Assembly (NCBI GenBank): GCA_040218735.1
Contig: JAVJQW010000008.1
Coordinates: 160,001 to 224,000 of the forward strand
DNA length: 64,000 nucleotides
Origin: Deltaproteobacteria bacterium
Lineage (GTDB): Bacteria; Myxococcota; Kuafuiibacteriia; Kuafuiibacteriales; Kuafuiibacteriaceae
Direction of reading: 5' to 3'
Shown here: in pieces, positions 57,123 to 64,000 of the stretch
How positions within the stretch are numbered: the stretch's first letter is position 1
How the letters are laid out: each line of letters begins with the position of its first letter
Made by a program: the position numbers and the translations under genes
The notes under the pieces: model-generated
Told to the model about the DNA's origin: nothing
The model's input: the letters and a program-made list of their open reading frames with translations, nothing else
Databases searched by the model: none

Positions 57123-59756
57123 ATGCCAAAAGATCCCGCGCCTGTGAAGCGAAAAGTGTCCCCAGGTGGTCGTTCCGCCGGAGGGTTCGGCTACGAGGTG
57201 CGCCGGGCGCTCCTTTCGGGCACGTACGTCGAGGTCTACGAGGCCACGGCGCGGCTGCGCGGGGACTTCGAGCGGCGCGTCCTCCTCAAGCGGCTGAAGC
57301 CCGACCACGTGGACGACGCCCGGCTGCGCGAGGCCTTCCTCGGGGAGGCGCGGGTCGTGGCGCAGCTGCAGCACGTCAACGTCATCTCGGTGCTCGACTT
57401 CGGCATCGACGACGCCGGCCCCTTCATCGCGCTCGAGTACGTCGACGGGCTCGACCTGGAGAACGCCGCGGCCGGTGCGCCGCTGCCGCCGTTCGTCGGG
57501 CTGCACGTCACCGTCGAGGTCCTCCGGGCGCTCGAACACGCGCACGACCTCACCGACGAACGCGGCGCGCCGCTCGCGATCGCCCACGGCGACCTCGGCC
57601 CCCACGCCGTCATGCTCTCGTGGTCGGGCGACGTGAAGCTCTCCGCATGGTCCGTCGCGCGCAGCGCGCACCTCGACGTCACCACGATCGGACAGCCGCG
57701 CGGCAGCATCGAGTTCGTGGCGCCCGAGCGCCGCGACGGACGCCCCGCCGACCGGCGCTCCGATCTGTACTCCGTCGGCAAGCTCCTCCGCTGGATGTCG
57801 ACGGGCACCGCCGGCATCGACCACGCCACGTTTGCGGACGACCGCGCGCTGCGCGAGGTCATCGACATCGCCACCGCGCGCGACGCCAAGGATCGCTACG
57901 CCGACGCCGGCGCGATGATCGACGCCGTCTGGCCGCTCCTCGTCCAGCACGCCGAACGCGACGGACGCCGCGCCACCTGCGCGTGGCTCTCCGAGCGCCG
58001 CGACCTCTTCGCGGACACCTCACTCCAGGTCATCGCCGGGCTCGCACGCGACGCGGTCCGCACCGAGCGCGCACCCGTGCCGAAGATCCAGGTGCCCGAG
58101 AGCAGCGTCACCGCGCGCGACGACTCCGCGATCGGCGCGCTCGTGCACGGCTACCGGATCGAAGCGCTCGTCGCGCGCGGCGGTTGGGGCGACGTCTACC
58201 GCGCGCGCCACGCGAGCCTCGGCCACCTCTACGCGGTGAAGGTGCTCGGCCGGCAGATCACCTCGCCGAACGGCGCCAAGCGCCTCGCGCGCGAAGCGAA
58301 GGCGATGAGCCGGCTCGTGCACGACAACGTCGTCCCCGTGCTCGACAACGGGCAGCTCCCCGACGGTCGTCCCTTCCTCACGATGCCGTTCCTCGAAGGC
58401 CGGACGTTGCATCAGATCATCGGCAACGAAGGCCCGTTCTCCAACGATCGCGCGGCGTCGTTCGTGCGGCAGATCGCCGAGGGCCTCGACGCCGCGCACG
58501 CGCAGGGCATCATCCACCGCGACCTCAAACCGGGGAACGTCTTCGTGAGCGAGGAGGGCGGCCTCGAGCGTGCGCGGATCCTCGACTTCGGGATCGCGCG
58601 CGTCGTGGAGGACGGCCGCGATCAAACGCAGCTCACCGCACCCGATCGCCTCCTCGGCACGCCGTGGTACGTAGCGCCCGAACAGATCCGCGCGCCGTCC
58701 GACGTGACCGGCGCGGCGGACATCTACTCCCTCGGCATCGTCCTGTACCGAATGCTCCGCGTCGAGCCGCCGTTCGCGGGCACACCGACCGACGTCCTCG
58801 AAAAACACCTCCTCGCGGACCCGCCCGCAGTCGACGGTCCGCTCGGCGAGGTACTCGCGCGGATGCTCGCGAAGCACCCCGATCAGCGGCCGACGCCGCG
58901 CGGGCTCGTCGAGGAGCTCGACGCGATCGGCTACGGTATCGATACGGCGCGGACGCGGGTGAAATCGTCGGCGGGGCGCTCCATCTCTGGGGATCCGGTG
59001 AGCCCCGGCATGATCGAAGCGGTCGCGTTCCACGACCCGACGATGATGACGCCGACGCGGCTCGACCCGCCGGCCCCAACGCGGCCTCGCCGCACGCCGT
59101 GGGCCGCGATCGGCGCGGTCGTCGTCGTCGTGATCGCGGCGAGCGCGCTCGCGACCGCGCTGTTGCTCGCGCCCGAGCCGACCCCCGTCGCGTCGGCGCC
59201 GGTCGTCCCGCAGCCCGGCGCTCAGGCCGCGCCGCGCGTGCAGCCGGGCGCACAGCCCACCGCGCCCCCGAAGGCCCCCGAGCCGCCGTCTCCTGCTCCT
59301 CCTTCGAAGCCCGCGAAGCTCACGAAGCGCACGCCGCCGAAGTCGGTGAAGAAGGGCGACGCCGTTCGTCAGGCCCGCCGTCACCTCTGGAACGTGCTGA
59401 GCACGAACGGCCTCGCGATGGCCGATGTCGAGGCCTCGGCCTCCCTCGCCGCGGCCGTCACGCCGGTGCAAGCTGCCTTGCGCGCCGCGGACTCCGCCAC
59501 CGCGGAGCGGCTCATCGCCGAGGTCGAGCGCGTCGCGCCCGCGGCGTCGGCGGATCCCGCGCTGATCGACGCGAAGCTCCGGCGGGTGCAGAAGCTCCTC
59601 TCCCGCGTCGCCCCCACCGTCGCGACGGAGAAGGTGAAGGCGTTCGAGGATCGCTTCTTCGCGCTGAGCTCGACGTCGCCAGGCACGGACGCGCTCCGCC
59701 GTCAGCTCACCGTCCGCATCGCGGCGCTGGAGCGCGATCTGTTGCGCGCGAAGTAG
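57123..59756 (+). CDS. Tandem pseudokinase + Ser/Thr kinase with TM helix and Pro-rich extracellular region
   Basis: Domain 1 degenerate ([13 protein letters not shown] in place of DFG); domain 2 intact ([25 protein letters not shown]); [25 protein letters not shown]. Confidence 0.88.
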   Translation: MPKDPAPVKRKVSPGGRSAGGFGYEVRRALLSGTYVEVYEATARLRGDFERRVLLKRLKPDHVDDARLREAFLGEARVVAQLQHVNVISVLDFGIDDAGPFIALEYVDGLDLENAAAGAPLPPFVGLHVTVEVLRALEHAHDLTDERGAPLAIAHGDLGPHAVMLSWSGDVKLSAWSVARSAHLDVTTIGQPRGSIEFVAPERRDGRPADRRSDLYSVGKLLRWMSTGTAGIDHATFADDRALREVIDIATARDAKDRYADAGAMIDAVWPLLVQHAERDGRRATCAWLSERRDLFADTSLQVIAGLARDAVRTERAPVPKIQVPESSVTARDDSAIGALVHGYRIEALVARGGWGDVYRARHASLGHLYAVKVLGRQITSPNGAKRLAREAKAMSRLVHDNVVPVLDNGQLPDGRPFLTMPFLEGRTLHQIIGNEGPFSNDRAASFVRQIAEGLDAAHAQGIIHRDLKPGNVFVSEEGGLERARILDFGIARVVEDGRDQTQLTAPDRLLGTPWYVAPEQIRAPSDVTGAADIYSLGIVLYRMLRVEPPFAGTPTDVLEKHLLADPPAVDGPLGEVLARMLAKHPDQRPTPRGLVEELDAIGYGIDTARTRVKSSAGRSISGDPVSPGMIEAVAFHDPTMMTPTRLDPPAPTRPRRTPWAAIGAVVVVVIAASALATALLLAPEPTPVASAPVVPQPGAQAAPRVQPGAQPTAPPKAPEPPSPAPPSKPAKLTKRTPPKSVKKGDAVRQARRHLWNVLSTNGLAMADVEASASLAAAVTPVQAALRAADSATAERLIAEVERVAPAASADPALIDAKLRRVQKLLSRVAPTVATEKVKAFEDRFFALSSTSPGTDALRRQLTVRIAALERDLLRAK

Positions 59757-59757
59757 C

Positions 59758-60414
59758 TCATTCGATCACCCACAGCACGACCGCCGTGATCGCGCTCGTA
59801 ACCGCCAAACCAAAACACACGTTGGCCACCGTCGCTTGCGTCGACGCGCGGCTGTCGAGCGCGTCGCGTCGCTCGGGCGTGTGCGCCATCGACTCGATCT
59901 CACCGACCGTCCCTCGACTCAACGCTCCGAACGCGATCCCCCCCGCCAACGCCGCGACGCCGACGCTCCCCGCGATCCACGGGTACGGCGACGAGGCCGT
60001 GGGGGTCGAAGTGACCGCCTGCGGCACCGTCACCGCCTTGGGCGCGAACAGCTGCGACGCGAGCGGCATCCACGCCGCGGGCTTCTTCGCGTCGGCGCGC
60101 GGCACCTTGAGCGTGACCTCCTTCGGCGCTCCGTCGACGACGAGCTGCGCGCGTACGAACATCTGCAACGGTCCGCCGACGACCGAAAGCAGCAGCACCT
60201 CGTTCGCACGTAGCCGCGCGCGCACCGCTTCGACACACGGGCCGGCTTTCGCGCACTGCTCCCAGTCGGGCCGGTCGACTTCGACGCGTCGCCCGCTGTG
60301 CTGTTCGATCGCCGCGCCGACCGCGCGCGCGACTTCCTCGGACTCCGACAGCGGCACGCCGCGCGCCGCGCCCACGTGGACGCCGACGACGCCGATCAGC
60401 AGCTGGAGCAGCAC
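59758..60414 (-). CDS. Hypothetical protein with C-terminal TM hairpin (myxobacterial type)
   Basis: CAKAGPCV motif; PWIAGSVGVAALAGGIAFG and ANVCFGLAVTSAITAVVLW hydrophobic segments. Confidence 0.62.
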   Translation of the reverse strand: MLLQLLIGVVGVHVGAARGVPLSESEEVARAVGAAIEQHSGRRVEVDRPDWEQCAKAGPCVEAVRARLRANEVLLLSVVGGPLQMFVRAQLVVDGAPKEVTLKVPRADAKKPAAWMPLASQLFAPKAVTVPQAVTSTPTASSPYPWIAGSVGVAALAGGIAFGALSRGTVGEIESMAHTPERRDALDSRASTQATVANVCFGLAVTSAITAVVLWVIE

Positions 60415-60471
60415 GCCGCGGAGCCTACCATCCCTTTGAACGCGAGCGACGCCGTTGCATGATGGTCATCG

Positions 60472-62181
60472 GTGCGCGGCGCTCGCCTCAGCTGGTTGCT
60501 CGCGGCGTCGGCCTGCACGGCATCACCGTCGAAGAGCGCGACCGCACCTGCGCCGCCGGACGAAGTCACCTACCTCCTCGCCGTCGCGCGCGGCGAAGGT
60601 GTCACCGCGTCCGCGCTCGTGCGTCGGGTCGACGACGACGTCGGCGCCGAGCTCCCCGAGTCCTGGACCGACGCCGATGAAGCGTGGATCCTCGGCTTCA
60701 CCGACGACGAGCTGGAACGAATCCCGCTCGTGCCCTCCGCAGAGCCCGCCCGCGCCGCGGGTGATCGCGACGCGTTGCTCGCAGCGCCCGCGTGGCAAGT
60801 GCACGGCGTGATCGAGGCGGGGGCGGCGACGCTCGCGGTCGACGGCGTACCGCCGCCGGAGCTGACCGTCGCAGGCCTCCCCGCGTGTCCCCAGGTCTAC
60901 GGCCCCGACAGCTACGCCGACGTGCGGTGCCGCGTGGACCGCTGCGTCGCGCCGATTCAACAGGAGGGCTGCGACATCGCGATCGACGAGTTCTCGTGTG
61001 AGATCGGATTCGACGTCCGCCTCGACGGACGCGGCAACCCCGTCGACAACGGGAGCTGCGAGACCGGCCCGGACCACGAAGGCGCGCGCTCGGTCGTCCA
61101 ATGCGACGATCCGCCGGCGACGCGCTGTCCGATTCATCTCTACGACGGCCTCGAGCCGATCGCGGGACGCGTCGAGACGGCGACGGTCTACGCAGTCGAG
61201 GCGCGCCCCGTAAATGACGAGCCGTACGAAGACACCGGCTTCCTCAGCGGTCTCGCCGTGCTCGAAGACCGCGTCGTGGTCGCCGGGCACGGGGGCGCGG
61301 CCGAGCCGCTCATCTGCCCGGCGATGGCAAACGAGCTGACGTTCTTCGACCGCTCCGATCTGTCACGGATCAAGACGACGACGGTCGGGCGTTGCCTCCG
61401 CGAGCTCGTTGCGGCGGAGGACCGCGCGACGTTCTACATGATTTACGGAACGCACCCGTTCGTGCAGTTCGCCGAGGTCGACGCCGACGGAGAGATCCTG
61501 CGTGAGGTCGCGCGGGTCACCAACGGCGGACGTGAGTACGGGCGCATCGTGCTCACCGGCGGTGACGCCGTGTTTCTCGAGCGGAGCGTCGCCGCAGGGG
61601 TCGATACGGTCGTGGCGGTCGACCTCGAGTCGTTCACGGTCACCGCGACCGACTTCTCCGACGCCCCGCCGCGGCGCCTGTCGGACGTGTATCCGTTCCA
61701 GCCAGGTCAGATCCTCATCGCCGAGCGCGATCGCGGCGTCGTGGTGCGCTTCGACGTCGGAACCGGCGCCATCGTCGACGAGACCCCGCTCTGTGAAGGC
61801 GCGAAACACCCGGAGGCGATCTTCAGCGACGGGCGCTTCGCCTTCGCGCTGGGCAACGGCGATCGATCGTCGTTGTCCGTGATCGATCTGAGCTCCATCT
61901 CGGCGCCGTGTGTCCTCGCAAAGTACTTCGCGGGCTTCGCCGACACCCGAGTTCCCGTCGGCATCGTCGGCGACCGGCTCTGGGTGGCGGCGCGTCGCTT
62001 CGAACGCGAAGAAGACGTCGGTCGCGCGGTGCTCGCCGCTTACGATCCCTCACGTGAGTCCTTCCTCGCGGGCGCGCTCGATCTCGGCCCGGGGCTCCCG
62101 ACCCACGCTGTCCTCGTCGACGACGTGATCTACGTGGTGCTCGCGTGGTCGGGACACCTCGTGCGAGTGCGTGACCTTTGA
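60472..62181 (+). CDS. Hypothetical lipoprotein, Cys-rich N-domain plus probable beta-propeller (paralog 1)
   Basis: ASAC lipobox; clearly homologous along its length to the next gene. Confidence 0.75.
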   Translation: MRGARLSWLLAASACTASPSKSATAPAPPDEVTYLLAVARGEGVTASALVRRVDDDVGAELPESWTDADEAWILGFTDDELERIPLVPSAEPARAAGDRDALLAAPAWQVHGVIEAGAATLAVDGVPPPELTVAGLPACPQVYGPDSYADVRCRVDRCVAPIQQEGCDIAIDEFSCEIGFDVRLDGRGNPVDNGSCETGPDHEGARSVVQCDDPPATRCPIHLYDGLEPIAGRVETATVYAVEARPVNDEPYEDTGFLSGLAVLEDRVVVAGHGGAAEPLICPAMANELTFFDRSDLSRIKTTTVGRCLRELVAAEDRATFYMIYGTHPFVQFAEVDADGEILREVARVTNGGREYGRIVLTGGDAVFLERSVAAGVDTVVAVDLESFTVTATDFSDAPPRRLSDVYPFQPGQILIAERDRGVVVRFDVGTGAIVDETPLCEGAKHPEAIFSDGRFAFALGNGDRSSLSVIDLSSISAPCVLAKYFAGFADTRVPVGIVGDRLWVAARRFEREEDVGRAVLAAYDPSRESFLAGALDLGPGLPTHAVLVDDVIYVVLAWSGHLVRVRDL

Positions 62182-63962
62182 GCCCTGGCGCGGACGGGAC
62201 CGGCCGGGCAACATCCGCGTCCGTGCGCGTCGCTCCGCTCGGACTGCTTCTCGTCGCGGCGTGCACGGCGAGCCCCTCGCGCAGCGCGACGGCGCCCGCG
62301 CCTCCCGGCGACGTCGCCTACCTCTTGGCGGTCATCGGAGACGCCGTCGAAGCCTCCGCGCTCGTCCCGCGCGAGGACCAGGACGACGTTGGCGCCGCGC
62401 TGCCGGACGCGTGGACCGACGGCGAGGACGTCTGGATCCTCGGCTTCACGCAGGCGGAGCTCGACGCGATCCCCTGGACGCCGTCGGACGCGCCCGCGCG
62501 CGCCGCGGGCCCGAGTGACTTCGTGCTCCCCTCTCCGGCGTGGCGCGTGCGCGGTTCGATCGAGGACGGTGCCGCCGAGCTCACCCCCGACGACGGCGCG
62601 CCCCCGGAGCTCACCGTCCCCGGTCTGCCCGCGTGCCCCGCGGTGTACGGCGACGACGCGTACGCAGACGTCCGCTGCCGCCCCGGCGCGTGCCGCGCAC
62701 GCATCGAACAACGCGGCTGTGTCATCGAGCTCGATCCGATCTGGTGTGAGCTCGAGGTCCGCGCCACCCTCGACGGGCGCGGCGCGCCGACGTTCGGCGA
62801 AGACTCCGCCTGCGAGGTGCTCGTCGATCGCGAGGGGCCGCGCTCCGTCGTGGAGTGCCCGGACATCTCGAACACACGCTGCCAGGTCCACCTCTACGAT
62901 GACCTCGAGCCCATCTCGGGCGAGGTCATCGTCACCGAGATCGACGACGTCGAACCGACCTACTTCGACGACGAAGCGTTCGAGGACTTCGGCTTCCTCA
63001 CCGGGATGACGGTGCTCGACGATCGTGTGGTGGTCGTCGGCTACGACGGCGGGACGCCGCAGCTGCCGTGTGTGGACCTGCCGACCGAGCTGACGTTCCT
63101 GCGGCGCGACGACCTGTCGTTCATTCGAACGTCGACTACCGTGGGGTGCCTCCGCGAGGTCGTCGCTGCGCCCGACCGCGCGTCCTTCTACGGGATCTAC
63201 GGCTCCGGCACGGACGTGCACTTCGCGCAGTTCGAACGCGACGGAACGATCCGACGCGACGTCCTGCGTATCTCCCCCGAGCCGATGCGCCAGCCCGAGT
63301 ATCGACGCATCGTCCTGCACGACGACGATCGTTACGCGAGCTTCATCGAGCTCTTCGCGGGTTCGCGTAACGAGTACGTCGTCACGGTCGACTTGCCGTC
63401 GTTCACGATCACCGACGCGCTCGTCTCGGACAACGAAGCCGCGCGCCCGTACGACCTCGCGGGGCTCGACGGAGGCAACGTGTTGCTCGCCGACCGCGAG
63501 CTCAACCGCATCGTCTTGTTCGATGCGGTCAACGGCGGTGAAGAGGGTGAGTTTCTCCTCTGCGATCGCGCGGTGCACCCGGAGTCGATCTTCACCGACG
63601 GACGGACCGCCTTCACGATCGCGCACGAGGACGACTCCTCGCTCGTCGTCCTCGACCTCGCTTCGAGCGGCGCGGAGTGCGGCGTGGCGAAGCCGTTCGT
63701 CGACCACTTCGACACCCGCGAGGTGGTCGGCTTCCTCGACGAGGACACCCTGGTGGTCCTCGCGCGCACCATCGATCCGCTCGACGAAGCGGTCCTCGGG
63801 CGGGCGGCGGTTGTGTTCTATCAGCGTGGACGCGACGCGTTTCGGCCCGCGTTCCTGGACCTTGGCCGCGGTCGGCCGCGCCACGGTCAGCTCGTCGATG
63901 GCGTCCTTTACGCGACGTTGCCGTACACCGCCGAGGTGGTGCGTGTGTTGCTCGCGGAGTGA
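62178..63962 (+). CDS. Hypothetical lipoprotein, Cys-rich N-domain plus probable beta-propeller (paralog 2)
   Basis: VAAC lipobox; shares ACTASPSxSATAPAPP, WILGFT, PPELTVxGLPACP, HLYDxLEPIxG, CLRE, HPExIF with the upstream gene; true start may be slightly downstream. Confidence 0.75.
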   Translation: MSPGADGTGRATSASVRVAPLGLLLVAACTASPSRSATAPAPPGDVAYLLAVIGDAVEASALVPREDQDDVGAALPDAWTDGEDVWILGFTQAELDAIPWTPSDAPARAAGPSDFVLPSPAWRVRGSIEDGAAELTPDDGAPPELTVPGLPACPAVYGDDAYADVRCRPGACRARIEQRGCVIELDPIWCELEVRATLDGRGAPTFGEDSACEVLVDREGPRSVVECPDISNTRCQVHLYDDLEPISGEVIVTEIDDVEPTYFDDEAFEDFGFLTGMTVLDDRVVVVGYDGGTPQLPCVDLPTELTFLRRDDLSFIRTSTTVGCLREVVAAPDRASFYGIYGSGTDVHFAQFERDGTIRRDVLRISPEPMRQPEYRRIVLHDDDRYASFIELFAGSRNEYVVTVDLPSFTITDALVSDNEAARPYDLAGLDGGNVLLADRELNRIVLFDAVNGGEEGEFLLCDRAVHPESIFTDGRTAFTIAHEDDSSLVVLDLASSGAECGVAKPFVDHFDTREVVGFLDEDTLVVLARTIDPLDEAVLGRAAVVFYQRGRDAFRPAFLDLGRGRPRHGQLVDGVLYATLPYTAEVVRVLLAE

Positions 63963-64000
63963 GGCCGTGATGACCTCCCCGCCATGCACGACCGACGCCC

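Noticed and set aside
57620-60439. 939-aa + strand ORF overlapping the kinase
   Set aside because: Arg/Pro/Gly-rich off-frame read-through typical of high-GC DNA; overlaps two better-supported genes.
63969-64000. Possible start of another CDS at the window end
   Set aside because: Only about 10 codons visible; cannot be supported.

Overview
High-GC (roughly 70% by eye), gene-dense bacterial DNA that looks like Myxococcota (MYXO-CTERM motif, Cys-rich lipoproteins, DUF1552/DUF1592 pair, membrane Ser/Thr kinases, sterol-reductase-like gene). Most ORFs in the track are antisense shadows; about 40 real CDS plus one tRNA-Val(CAC) can be supported. Main content: (1) a ~17 kb beta-1,3-glucan (laminarin-type) utilisation locus (7957-25267) with GH1, GH16, GH17, a GH149 phosphorylase, an MFS sugar permease, a ROK repressor and several CBM-like lipoproteins. 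It is arranged as two convergent operons, each headed by a sigma70 promoter overlapped by a similar 25-bp XylR-type operator. It has no SusC/TonB receptor but does have a clan GH-A hydrolase fused to a probable outer-membrane beta-barrel. (2) A ~2240-aa apparent secreted polyprotein in which a complete MYXO-CTERM anchor runs without a stop into a second signal peptide. Its second half, with the next gene, looks like a split vitellogenin/MTP-type lipid transfer protein, and a YceI gene follows. (3) A 1000-aa toxin/effector-like protein with an exact JAMM motif behind a sigma54-type promoter. (4) An ERG4/ERG24 sterol reductase + SDR pair, PqiA/MCE genes, a DUF1592-cytochrome c protein with an inserted CBM48-like domain, a pseudokinase-kinase protein and a tandem gene duplication. 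All family calls are by-eye motif recognition, not database searches.
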